From an uncultured Gemmatimonadaceae bacterium (lineage in GTDB: Bacteria > Gemmatimonadota > Gemmatimonadetes > Gemmatimonadales > GWC2-71-9), in contig CAZSPH010000002.1 of NCBI GenBank assembly GCA_964608715.1, positions 6,545-51,240 of the forward strand: 44,696 nucleotides of DNA, written 5' to 3'. Shown in pieces: positions 27,428 through 36,452 of this stretch. The position numbers were made by a program, and so were the translations under genes. The notes under the pieces are model-generated. The model worked only from the letters and a program-made list of their open reading frames with translations. It was not told where the DNA came from and searched no databases. Position 1 is the stretch's first letter. Every line of letters begins with the position of its first letter.

Positions 27428-29182
27428 ATGAAGCTTCGCATGGGTGTCCTGGCTGCCGTCGCGGCCCTGGTTGGAACGACCTCGACCATGGCAGCGCAGA
27501 TCCGTGCCGGTTCGTCGATCGGAAGGCAGCAGGTGAACAACGCGCCGATGATGCTCGTGGGCAATCCGATTCCGGCCAGCGCGCAGGATTCCTCGCTTGC
27601 CGTGGAACTGGGTTCGTCGCTGCGCGAGCGGATGGCCCGGATGGTCGGTCGCGACTACCAGATCGTCACCCGCGAGAGGATGAACGAGGCGCTGGATACC
27701 TACGGCTATCACGCTGACGCTCTGCTGCCGCCGTTCGAGGTCAGGCGCCTGATCCTCGCTGCGAACGGTACCCTCTACGTGCACGGTTCGCTCAGCCGCA
27801 ACGCTCAGGGCGGGATCATGCTGTCGCAGCGGTTCGCCAGCACCCGGTCGAGTGACGGCGCAGGCTACATCGCCAACACCGTTCAACAGAGCGGCGAATC
27901 ACTGGACCGCTTCGCCCAGCGTGCGGTCGACGCACTCAAGGATCCGGTCAAGGCGTACGCCGATGCCAGACAGTGCGTCGACAATGCCGCCACCGACAGG
28001 GCCAAGGCCCGTTCCGCTGCCGAGAAGGCGCTCAAGGCTGTGCCGAACTACGGCCTGGCGGAATTCTGCCTCGGAGCACTCGCGGTGGCCGACGATTCGG
28101 TCAGCGCGGCGGGCGAGACTCATTTCCGGAACGCCCTCAGGACCGATTCGATGGCGATCCCGGCCTACTCGGCTCTGGCGCTGATCAATTTCTATCGTTC
28201 CGACACCACCGGCACCGTGGGCGTCTGGCAGCAGGTGCTTCGGGTCGAGCCCCGCAACCAGCAGCTCCGCGATCAGGCCTTCGAGCTGTTCCGGCAGTTC
28301 GGCCGCCAGGACGCGGCCGAGGAGGTCGCCGATGAGGGGATCCGGCTGGATCCGAACAACTTTGACTGGTACGACCTGAAGAGCAACACCTGTCTCGCGC
28401 AGGAGAAGTTCACCTGCGCCCTCGAGGTGCTGGAGCAGGGCTTCTCGATGGACTCCACCCGCGCGGACACCGCCTTCTTCCGGAACATCTCCGCCGCGGC
28501 CCAGTTCGCCGGGGACAACGACAAGTTCGTGCACTGGGCCACCATCGGCGCCGAGCGATACCCGGATGATCGCGGCATGCTCTCCAGTGCCGCCCGCGCC
28601 AATGGCATTGCCGGCAATGTGGAGAAGGCCAAGGAGTATGCCGCCAAGCTGCTGGTGATCGATCCCGAGGACACGGAGCCGGTGCAGTTCGTGGTTGCAG
28701 CGATCAGCCAGATGACAGACGGCCCCGAGAAGATCGAAGCCACCCGGGAGCTGTGGTCGTTCAACGCGCAGGTGAGGGACAGCTACGACGACATGGCCAA
28801 GACCTACATGGCGCAGGCCTACGTCAATGCATCCAGCAATCTCTACAACGCTGCCGACTATGCCGGGAGCAGGGCGTTTGCCGATTCAGCGCTGGCGATG
28901 GGCATCGAGGATACCGAGCTGCTGAGCTATGCCGGATTCTTCTCGGCATTCTCGCAGATCTCCTCCGGAGCGTTCAACGAGGAGGCGACGGCGATCCGGG
29001 GCCAGGGGACGAGCTGCGCGGCCCTCGACGCATACGCCGCGAAGGTGGACGGAGAGATCGCTTCGCTCAAGCTGGCAACCCAGTCGAGCAACGCGCAGGT
29101 TGCCTCGATTGGAAGCGACACGCTTGCCAAGATGGAAGAAGAGCGGGCCCAGATACCGGTGCTCCGCCAGCGCTGCCGCTGA
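27428..29182 (+). CDS. secreted protein: signal peptide + TolB_N/LpoB-like N-domain + TPR-like helical repeats
   Basis: Signal peptide MKLRMGVLAAVAALVGTTSTMAAQ, GGAGG SD 7 nt upstream. The N-domain LGSSLRERMARMVGRDYQIVTRERMNEALDTYGY resembles periplasmic TolB_N-type domains. The rest is helical-repeat-like. Confidence 0.6.
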   Translation: MKLRMGVLAAVAALVGTTSTMAAQIRAGSSIGRQQVNNAPMMLVGNPIPASAQDSSLAVELGSSLRERMARMVGRDYQIVTRERMNEALDTYGYHADALLPPFEVRRLILAANGTLYVHGSLSRNAQGGIMLSQRFASTRSSDGAGYIANTVQQSGESLDRFAQRAVDALKDPVKAYADARQCVDNAATDRAKARSAAEKALKAVPNYGLAEFCLGALAVADDSVSAAGETHFRNALRTDSMAIPAYSALALINFYRSDTTGTVGVWQQVLRVEPRNQQLRDQAFELFRQFGRQDAAEEVADEGIRLDPNNFDWYDLKSNTCLAQEKFTCALEVLEQGFSMDSTRADTAFFRNISAAAQFAGDNDKFVHWATIGAERYPDDRGMLSSAARANGIAGNVEKAKEYAAKLLVIDPEDTEPVQFVVAAISQMTDGPEKIEATRELWSFNAQVRDSYDDMAKTYMAQAYVNASSNLYNAADYAGSRAFADSALAMGIEDTELLSYAGFFSAFSQISSGAFNEEATAIRGQGTSCAALDAYAAKVDGEIASLKLATQSSNAQVASIGSDTLAKMEEERAQIPVLRQRCR

Positions 29183-29202
29183 CCCCTTCCGCAGGACGAC
29201 CG

Positions 29203-29223
29203 GCCCCGATATATTTGGGGGCT
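29203..29223 (+). promoter_or_regulatory. second copy of the TATATTTG-containing 21-nt motif (GCCCCGATATATTTGGGGGCT); candidate tRNA-Asp promoter
   Basis: 18/21 identical to 8781-8801. TATATTTG ends 14 nt before the mature 5' end of tRNA-Asp. The flanks can also pair (CGGCCCC / GGGGCTG). Confidence 0.35.
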
Positions 29224-29231
29224 GGTCAGAG

Positions 29232-29305
29232 GGGGCTGTAGCTCAGCTGGTTAGAGTGCCGCACTGTCACTGCGGAGGTCGCGGGTTCGAGCCCCGTCAG
29301 CCCCG
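29232..29305 (+). tRNA. tRNA-Asp (anticodon GTC)
   Basis: Acceptor GGGGCTG/CAGCCCC, D-arm GCTC-AGCTGGTTA-GAGT, anticodon arm CCGCA-CTGTCAC-TGCGG, T-arm GCGGG-TTCGAGC-CCCGT, discriminator G. Confidence 0.9.
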
Positions 29306-29313
29306 TCGGTTCC

Positions 29314-29349
29314 CACCCCGCCCGGTTCGCCGCGCGGGGTGTTTCTTTT
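29314..29349 (+). terminator. intrinsic (rho-independent) terminator after tRNA-Asp
   Basis: Perfect 8-bp GC-rich stem CACCCCGC (29314-29321) / GCGGGGTG (29334-29341) with a 12-nt loop, followed directly by TTTCTTTT (29342-29349). Confidence 0.6.
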
Positions 29350-29356
29350 CCGGGTC

Positions 29357-30352
29357 ATGATGTCCGACACCGTTCCATCTCCATCTCACCTCCCCGTCCT
29401 GCTCGATGCCGTGGTTGCACTGGCAGCCGGATCGCGGCGGGCAGTGGACGCCACCCTCGGGCATGGCGGTCATGCCGCAGCACTCCGTGCCTGCGGAGCC
29501 ATGGTGCTGGGAATCGATCGGGACCCGGACGCGCTGGCCATAGCCCGGGCGCGGCTGGGGGACGAGGGAGTCACCTTCCTGGAGGCTGCGTTCTTCTCGC
29601 CCGAGGCGGCAGCGGCCGTCGCCACCTTCCGGCCCGACTTCATCCTGATGGACCTGGGTGTCTCCTCCCGTCAGCTCGATGACGAGACCCGCGGGTTCAC
29701 CTTCCGGCCCGGCGCCCCGCTCGACATGCGGATGGAAGGGGCAGGGATGTCCGCGGCCGACTGGCTGAACGAGGCCGATGCGGAGGAGCTTGCGGCGGCA
29801 CTCCGCAACTGGGGGGACGAACCACGGGCGCCGAGACTGGCGTCGGAGATCATCCGCCGTCGGCGTACGGTGCCATTCGCCACCAGCGATGATCTGGTGA
29901 ACGCGATCCGGGCGGTGCTGGGGCCTCGCAGTGGCCCCGGCGATTTCGCCCGGATCTTCCAGGCGGTCAGGATCGAGGTCAACGGTGAACTCGATGGGCT
30001 CCGTGAGGTCCTGCCCCGGTTCCGCGATGCCCTGGTGCCCGGTGGCCGGCTGGTGGTGATCAGCTATCATTCGGGTGAAGATCGTCTCGTCAAGCATGCA
30101 TTCCGCGAATGGAGCAGTGGGTGCGTCTGTCCCCCCCGTATACCCCGATGCATCTGCGGCGTCACCGCTTCCGGATCGCTGTACCCGCGCAAGGCCCTGA
30201 CTCCCGATGACGCCGAGATCGCAGCCAACCCGCGCGCGCGGAGCGCGAGGCTCCGTGGCTTCCGCTTGGCGGATGCAGCCCCGGGGGAGGTACCTGGTGG
30301 TGGCGTGGACGGCATTCTTCCTGGTGGTATTCGGGACCATCGCGGTGCGTGA
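29357..30352 (+). CDS. rsmH: 16S rRNA (cytosine1402-N4)-methyltransferase
   Basis: HLPVLLDAVV, DATLGHGGHA, LMDLGVSSRQLD, VISYHSGEDRLVK and NPRARSARLR. ATG 29357 was chosen because the 29339 start lies inside the terminator hairpin and T-tract. Confidence 0.92.
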   Translation: MMSDTVPSPSHLPVLLDAVVALAAGSRRAVDATLGHGGHAAALRACGAMVLGIDRDPDALAIARARLGDEGVTFLEAAFFSPEAAAAVATFRPDFILMDLGVSSRQLDDETRGFTFRPGAPLDMRMEGAGMSAADWLNEADAEELAAALRNWGDEPRAPRLASEIIRRRRTVPFATSDDLVNAIRAVLGPRSGPGDFARIFQAVRIEVNGELDGLREVLPRFRDALVPGGRLVVISYHSGEDRLVKHAFREWSSGCVCPPRIPRCICGVTASGSLYPRKALTPDDAEIAANPRARSARLRGFRLADAAPGEVPGGGVDGILPGGIRDHRGA

Positions 30353-30551
30353 CCGTCGTGCCTTTGCCGTGGCCCGTCGAGTGACTGCCCTCGAGGACTC
30401 GCTGAACGTGGTGGCGAGGATGCACGGTGATCTGGCCGCAGAGCTGGCGAATCTGCAGAGTCCCGGGGCGCTGACCGAACTCGGCGAACGTCTGGGATTG
30501 CGTCCCCCCAAGGACAGCGAACTTCTCACGGTCGTCGTGACGGGACCCTGA
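30297..30551 (+). CDS. ftsL: FtsL-like cell-division protein (single TM + coiled coil)
   Basis: The position between rsmH and ftsI fits FtsL. TM AWTAFFLVVFGTIAV is followed by a coiled-coil-like RRVTALEDSLNVVARMHGDLAAELANL. GTG 30297 follows GGGGGAGG by 6 nt. Alternative ATGs lie at 30207 and 30273. Overlaps the rsmH 3' end. Confidence 0.55.
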   Translation: MVAWTAFFLVVFGTIAVRDRRAFAVARRVTALEDSLNVVARMHGDLAAELANLQSPGALTELGERLGLRPPKDSELLTVVVTGP

Positions 30552-32521
30552 TGGCGAAGCCTGCTGTCAGGATCGCGGCGTTGCAGGTTCTGCTGGGACT
30601 CGGAGCACTTGCGGTGGTGGGACGGTCCACGGTGCTGCAGGTGTTCGAGCATTCGGCCTGGCGCAAGCGTGCCGAGGAACGGAGTACCCGCACCCGGGAC
30701 ATCGTCCCCCGGCGGGGCACGATCTACGACCGCACCGGAACGCCGCTGGCGGTCACCTACGAGGCATATCACATCAGGGTCGCGGTGAAGCAGCTCCGCG
30801 ATACCGTGGCCGCCCAGGAACTGCTCCAGCGGACTCTCGCGATTCCGATGGCCGATCTCCGGCGCAAGTTCAACCGGGCCGACATCTACTTCGATGGACC
30901 CTACGACGCCACCAGGGTTCAGCCGCTGCGCGGTGTGCGGGGGATCTACCTCGATCCGATCCGGCTTCGTGAACGGCCGATGGGAGAACTCGCAGCGGCA
31001 CTGGTGGGCCATACCGACCGGACCTCGGGTCGCGGACTAGGCGGGATCGAGGCGATCTACGATTCGGCGCTGGTCGGCCGCACCGGTCGCGAGCAGTACG
31101 TGCTCGATGGTGCCGGCCGGCGGGTACCCCTGCCACGGGCGACCCAGGTCGAGGCGCGGGCCGGCAACGACATCATCCTGACGCTCGATCACGAACTGCA
31201 GGGCATCGCCGAGGGAGCACTCCGCCGGGCGGTTGCCGAATTCGGGGCTCGGGGCGGTGACGTGGTGATGCTGGAGACCGCCACCGGCAGAGTCCGCGCG
31301 GCCGTGTCGCTGCGCACGCCGCCGGGCTCGAACCGGATGGTGTCGAATACCGCCGCGATCATCGAGACCAACGAGCCGGGATCTACCGCCAAGATCTTTA
31401 CGGCGGCTGCAATGCATGTCTCGCACGCCGATACCACGCCGGTCGACGGTGAGGGCGGCCTCTGGCGCCAGCAGATGGGGCGGGCCGTTCGCGAGCACCG
31501 TGACGTGCACCGGGTCAGCGGACTGCTTACCCTGGGCGAGGCGATTCAGCATTCGAGCAACATCGCGATGGCGAAGTTTTCGCTGCGGCTTCCGACCGAG
31601 CAGCACTATCTGACCCTGCGGCGGTTCGGCTTCGGGACACCCACCGGACTCGGGTTCCCGGGCGAGGACGGCGGGCAGTTGCGGCGACCGGCGGCGCTGG
31701 CAAATCCGCTGTTCACCAAGCCGTCATGGGCGCAGGGCTACGAGATGAACGTTTCGTCGGTCCAGATGGCTGCCGCCTACGCTGCGCTTGCGAATGGAGG
31801 AATGCTGCTGGCGCCGGCGCTGATCGAGGAGATCCGTGATCCGGTGACCGGCGAGGCGATCTGGCGGCACCATCCCGACACCCTCCGTCGTGCGGTGGAT
31901 GCCGACGTCGCCGCCAGCATGATGGCCTACCTGCGGATGGCATCCGATTCGGGCGGTACGGGAGCAAGAGCCCAGCTCGATCGCGAGGCGGTTCTCGGCA
32001 AGACGGGAACCGCGAAGGTGCTGGTGAATGGCAGCTACAACTCGGGTTTCTATCGCGCGTCGTTTGCCGGGCTCTATCCCGGCAGCGCGCCGCGATATGT
32101 GATCTACGTGATGATCGATCGCCCCAGCATCGGCTCATACTACGGCGGCGTGGTCGCCGCACCGATCGTCAGGTCGATGCTGCAGCAGGCGCTGGCCCTG
32201 AGATCCGCTCCACTGGAACCGGAACGCCGGGCCGCCGTGCTGGCCGACCCGCCCGCTCCGATGGCAGTAGCGGAACCCGTCGGGCCGCCACGCCTGGCGG
32301 CGTTTCCGCTGACCGGTCCGATGCCGGAGTCCGACCGTCCACGCGAAGTTCCCGCCGTGGTGGGCACCGACCTGAGAGAAGCCCTGCACCTGATGCACCG
32401 CAACGGATTCACCGTGCGGGTGGTGGGCAGGGGAACCGTGAGAGAGACCCGACCCGCAGCGGGATCCGCTGCGGCCGCAGGAGAACGCGTCACACTGGTG
32501 GCGAGAGAGGATCGCAGGTAG
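30551..32521 (+). CDS. ftsI: class B penicillin-binding protein (FtsI/PBP3-type transpeptidase) with C-terminal PASTA domain
   Basis: N-terminal TM. Transpeptidase motifs STAK (SxxK), SSN (HSSNIAM) and KTGTA. The last ~60 aa, VPAVVGTDLREALHLMHRNGFTVRVVGRGTVRETRPAAG, are PASTA-like. Confidence 0.92.
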   Translation: MAKPAVRIAALQVLLGLGALAVVGRSTVLQVFEHSAWRKRAEERSTRTRDIVPRRGTIYDRTGTPLAVTYEAYHIRVAVKQLRDTVAAQELLQRTLAIPMADLRRKFNRADIYFDGPYDATRVQPLRGVRGIYLDPIRLRERPMGELAAALVGHTDRTSGRGLGGIEAIYDSALVGRTGREQYVLDGAGRRVPLPRATQVEARAGNDIILTLDHELQGIAEGALRRAVAEFGARGGDVVMLETATGRVRAAVSLRTPPGSNRMVSNTAAIIETNEPGSTAKIFTAAAMHVSHADTTPVDGEGGLWRQQMGRAVREHRDVHRVSGLLTLGEAIQHSSNIAMAKFSLRLPTEQHYLTLRRFGFGTPTGLGFPGEDGGQLRRPAALANPLFTKPSWAQGYEMNVSSVQMAAAYAALANGGMLLAPALIEEIRDPVTGEAIWRHHPDTLRRAVDADVAASMMAYLRMASDSGGTGARAQLDREAVLGKTGTAKVLVNGSYNSGFYRASFAGLYPGSAPRYVIYVMIDRPSIGSYYGGVVAAPIVRSMLQQALALRSAPLEPERRAAVLADPPAPMAVAEPVGPPRLAAFPLTGPMPESDRPREVPAVVGTDLREALHLMHRNGFTVRVVGRGTVRETRPAAGSAAAAGERVTLVAREDRR

Positions 32522-33966
32522 TGCTGCTGAGCGAGATTGCTGCATGGCTGGACGAGGCAGGCATCGGAGCCGAGCTGGTTGGTCGAGATCCCGACGTCAC
32601 TGCTGTGACTGTCGATTCGAGAGAGGCATCTCCGGGAGCGCTTTTCGTGGCCCTGCGAGGATCGAAGGAAGACGGTATCACTCATGCCGCCGGTGCCGTC
32701 GCAGCAGGGGCCGTTGCGGTGCTGGCCGACCGTCGGGTGGACGTCGGCGTGCCGCTGCTGCTGACAGCCGACGCTGCTGCCGCACTCGAAGTCGTGGCTG
32801 CACGCTGGCATGGCGAACCCGCGCGTGCGATGCGGCTGTTTGCCGTAACCGGCACCAACGGCAAGACTACTTCAGTGGCGCTGCTTCGGCACTTCCTCAA
32901 CTCCGGCAGTTCAGCGGGGAGCATCGGTACCCTCGGTGCCTACGACGGTGCCGGCAACATGGTCAGGTCGACCGCAGGTTCCCTGACCACTCCGGGAGCG
33001 CTCGACCTGCAGCAGACGCTCGCGAGGTTGCGCGACGGCTGTGTTACCGATGTGGCGATGGAGGCATCCTCCCACTCACTGCACCAGCGCCGGTTGGACG
33101 CGGTTTCATTTGCGGGGGCGATCTTCACCAATCTCACCCGCGACCACCTCGACTATCACGGCGACATGAGTGGCTACGGCGCTGCCAAGCTCCACCTCGC
33201 GGATCTGGTCATGGGCGATGGAGTGCTGTCGGTGAACCGGGATGATTCCGCCTGGAGCCCGCTCTTCAGTGATCCGAGAACGGTGACATGGGGCAGGCAC
33301 GCCGATGCGGATCTGAGGATCGTGTCGATGGACTGCCGCGCCGACGGTTCCACTGTCGCTCTCTCTGGCCGGTTCGGAGAGTTCGAGCTGGCGGTGCCCC
33401 TTCCCGGTGATTTCAATGTGGCGAATGCGGTCGGTGTAGTGGCGCTGATGCTGGCCGGTGGCATGTCGGCAGCGCAGGTGGTGGAGCTGATGGACACCGC
33501 ACCGCAGGTGCCCGGCAGGATGGAGCGGATACTCGACCACCCCGGCACGGTGATCCGTGACTATGCTCATACGCCGGATGCACTGGCGCAGGTACTGGCG
33601 ACGCTCAGGCCGCTGACCCCGGGTCGTCTGGTGGTGCTGTTCGGCTGCGGTGGTGATCGTGACCGGGGCAAGCGCCCGATGATGGGTGAAGTCGCGGCGC
33701 GACTGGCTGATTTCTCGTTCGTCACCTCCGACAATCCTCGCACCGAAGATCCGGAAGCGATCATCAACGACGTCGTGGCAGGAATGACCGGCGCCCGTTT
33801 CCATCGTGTCGCCGATCGCAGGAAGGCGATTGCGATGGCACTGGAAGAGCTGCGCTCCGGGGATACTCTGGTGCTTGCCGGCAAGGGCCACGAGGACTAT
33901 CAGGTGATCGGTCGCGAGCGGGTCCACTTCGACGAGCGGGAGATCGTGCTGGAGCTGGTCGGGTGA
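32521..33966 (+). CDS. murE: UDP-N-acetylmuramoyl-L-alanyl-D-glutamate--2,6-diaminopimelate ligase
   Basis: VTGTNGKTT P-loop. The DNPRTEDP (DNPR) motif is characteristic of meso-DAP-adding MurE. dcw context. Confidence 0.95.
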   Translation: MLLSEIAAWLDEAGIGAELVGRDPDVTAVTVDSREASPGALFVALRGSKEDGITHAAGAVAAGAVAVLADRRVDVGVPLLLTADAAAALEVVAARWHGEPARAMRLFAVTGTNGKTTSVALLRHFLNSGSSAGSIGTLGAYDGAGNMVRSTAGSLTTPGALDLQQTLARLRDGCVTDVAMEASSHSLHQRRLDAVSFAGAIFTNLTRDHLDYHGDMSGYGAAKLHLADLVMGDGVLSVNRDDSAWSPLFSDPRTVTWGRHADADLRIVSMDCRADGSTVALSGRFGEFELAVPLPGDFNVANAVGVVALMLAGGMSAAQVVELMDTAPQVPGRMERILDHPGTVIRDYAHTPDALAQVLATLRPLTPGRLVVLFGCGGDRDRGKRPMMGEVAARLADFSFVTSDNPRTEDPEAIINDVVAGMTGARFHRVADRRKAIAMALEELRSGDTLVLAGKGHEDYQVIGRERVHFDEREIVLELVG

Positions 33967-35318
33967 CCTTCGTGGGATATGACGACGCGTTCGTACGGGA
34001 GGCACTGGGACTGCCTGGCACGAGTGACCGCCGGTACACCGCGGTCTGCACCGATACCAGAACGCTGGTGCCGGAGTCGCTGTTCGTGGCGCTGGCAGGA
34101 GAACGGTTCGACGGTCACGAGATGCTCGATGGCGCGCGTGCAGCCGGTGCCATCGGAGCTGTCGTGCGTCAGGGCACCCCGCCTGTCGAAGGCATGACCC
34201 TCTACCGGGTGCCCGATACCCTGGTTTCCTTTGGCGAGCTGGCTTGCGCCAGGCGGCGGACGGTGCCCGGGCCGGTCGTCGCGATTACCGGTCAGAACGG
34301 AAAGACCTCGACCAGGGAAATGGTCGCTGCGGTGATGGGTACCCGCTGGCTGGTTCATCGCACGCCGCAGAATCTCAACAATCTCGTCGGCGTGCCGCAG
34401 ACCATTCTGTCCGCGCCTCCGGACACGGAAGCACTGGTGATCGAGGCCGGAGCGAGTGTCCCGGGAGAGATCGCCCGCTATCGCCGGATCATCGAGCCGG
34501 ACGTCTCGCTGGTGATAGCTGCCGGGAGCGGACATCTGGAGGGTTTCGGTTCGGTTGCCGGAGTGGTGCGCGAGAAACTGGAACTGACTCGCGACGTTCC
34601 GCTGGCAATCATCGGGGTGGTGCCGGAAGTGCTTGCGGATGGCGCCCGGAGACTGGGGGCGGGCTCGGCAGTCACTGCCGGTTTCCCTCCCGCGGAAGTG
34701 ATACCGGAGCAGGTGGAACTGCGACCGGACGGCTGCGCCACCTTTACGATCGACGGATTCACGGTCAGACTGCCGGTACGCGGCAGGCATCAGGTGGGCA
34801 ACGCAATGTTCGCGTGGGCGCTGGTCCGTCACTTCGATCTCGACCGTGAAGCTGCCGTGGCTGCCCTCGAAGCGGTGACGCTGCCGGGGGGACGTGGCGA
34901 GCTGGCTCGGCATGGCGCCATGACGGTGCTCAACGATGGCTACAATGCCAACCCGGAGTCGTTCCGGGCCGCGATCGAGCTGGCCGGAGCAATGCGGACC
35001 GGCCGTCGCCTGGTATTCGTTGCCGGAACGATGCGGGAGCTGGGAGCGGAGTCGGCCGTACTCCACCGGGAGATCGCAGGCGAACTGGCCGGTCTTGCTC
35101 CCGACCTCCTGGTACTTGTAGGTGACTTCGTCCCGGCTTTCGAAGCAATCCGGGGGCGCTACTCCGGCGAGATCGTCGGGGCTGCGGATGCCGGAGCTGC
35201 AGGCCCTCTGCTGGCTTCCCGACTCCGGGGTGATGAACTCGTCTTCCTCAAAGGGTCGCGGGGCACCGCACTCGAACGTATCCTTCCGGCAATCATCCCC
35301 GTCGCCCTTCCCGACTGA
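33963..35318 (+). CDS. murF: UDP-N-acetylmuramoyl-tripeptide--D-alanyl-D-alanine ligase
   Basis: ITGQNGKTSTREM P-loop, Mur ligase middle and C-terminal domains (NDGYNANPES), position between murE and mraY. Confidence 0.93.
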   Translation: MTFVGYDDAFVREALGLPGTSDRRYTAVCTDTRTLVPESLFVALAGERFDGHEMLDGARAAGAIGAVVRQGTPPVEGMTLYRVPDTLVSFGELACARRRTVPGPVVAITGQNGKTSTREMVAAVMGTRWLVHRTPQNLNNLVGVPQTILSAPPDTEALVIEAGASVPGEIARYRRIIEPDVSLVIAAGSGHLEGFGSVAGVVREKLELTRDVPLAIIGVVPEVLADGARRLGAGSAVTAGFPPAEVIPEQVELRPDGCATFTIDGFTVRLPVRGRHQVGNAMFAWALVRHFDLDREAAVAALEAVTLPGGRGELARHGAMTVLNDGYNANPESFRAAIELAGAMRTGRRLVFVAGTMRELGAESAVLHREIAGELAGLAPDLLVLVGDFVPAFEAIRGRYSGEIVGAADAGAAGPLLASRLRGDELVFLKGSRGTALERILPAIIPVALPD

Positions 35319-35324
35319 GAGCCA

Positions 35325-36452
35325 ATGTTCCATCACTTCCTGGTGCCGCTGGGCGACCGCTGGATCTTCTTCAATCTCTTCAGCTACATCTCGTTCCGGG
35401 CTGCCGGAGCGATGGTCACGGCACTGCTGATCGCCTTCGTGGTCGGCCCGTCGATCATCCGGCGACTGCGGGAGCACAAGATCGGACAGGTGATCAGAGC
35501 GGAGGGGCCGGCGTCGCACCAGGCGAAGCGCGGTACCCCGACGATGGGTGGCCTGATCATTCTTGCCGCGACGGTCATCCCGACGCTGCTCTGGGCCCGC
35601 CTCGACAACCATTTCGTGCTGATCACTATCGTGGCCATGCTCTGGACCGGCGCGATCGGCTTCCTCGACGACTACCTCAAGGTGGTACAGGGACAGTCGC
35701 GCGGGCTGGTGGCGAAATGGAAGCTGGTGGGCCAGGTGACCTTCGGTCTGTCGCTGGGCCTGGTACTTCTGAAGTGGCCGGTGGTTTCTCCTTCCATCAT
35801 GCCGCTCACTGCTACCACCGTGCCCTTCATCAAGGCACTGGTGGTGGTGTTTGTCCCGGTGGTGTACCTGGTGTTCGTTACCGGGGTCGTTACCGGTTTC
35901 TCCAACGCGGTGAATCTGACTGACGGGCTCGACGGCCTGGCGATCGGACTCTCGACAATCGCTGCGGGGGCCTTTGCGGTATTCGCATACATCCTCGGTC
36001 GCATTGACATGACCGGCTACCTCAACCTGTTCTATCTGCCCGGTGCCGGCGAGCTGGCGATCTTCTGCGCTGCGCTGATGGGAGCCGGACTGGGCTTTCT
36101 CTGGTTCAACGCCCATCCGGCCCAGGTCTTCATGGGCGACACCGGTTCGCTGGCTCTCGGCGGCGCGTTCGGGACGATCGCAATCCTGCTCAAGTCGGAG
36201 TTCCTGCTGGTGATCATCGGCGGAGTGTTCGTTGCCGAGGCAGTATCGGTAATGCTGCAGACCGGGGTGTTCAAGTGGCATCGCCGGAGCAGGGGAAGGG
36301 AGTACGCCGAGTCTCATCGCGTCTTCCGTATGGCACCGCTGCATCATCACTTCGAGAAGCTCGGCTGGGCCGAGATGACGGTGGTGGTCAGGTTCTGGAT
36401 CCTGGGCGTGTTCTGTGCGCTGGCCGCGCTCGCGACTCTGAAGCTGCGATGA
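35325..36452 (+). CDS. mraY: phospho-N-acetylmuramoyl-pentapeptide transferase
   Basis: Polytopic membrane protein with GTPTMGG, NAVNLTDGLDGLA, FMGDTGSLALGG and APLHHHFE motifs. Confidence 0.97.
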   Translation: MFHHFLVPLGDRWIFFNLFSYISFRAAGAMVTALLIAFVVGPSIIRRLREHKIGQVIRAEGPASHQAKRGTPTMGGLIILAATVIPTLLWARLDNHFVLITIVAMLWTGAIGFLDDYLKVVQGQSRGLVAKWKLVGQVTFGLSLGLVLLKWPVVSPSIMPLTATTVPFIKALVVVFVPVVYLVFVTGVVTGFSNAVNLTDGLDGLAIGLSTIAAGAFAVFAYILGRIDMTGYLNLFYLPGAGELAIFCAALMGAGLGFLWFNAHPAQVFMGDTGSLALGGAFGTIAILLKSEFLLVIIGGVFVAEAVSVMLQTGVFKWHRRSRGREYAESHRVFRMAPLHHHFEKLGWAEMTVVVRFWILGVFCALAALATLKLR

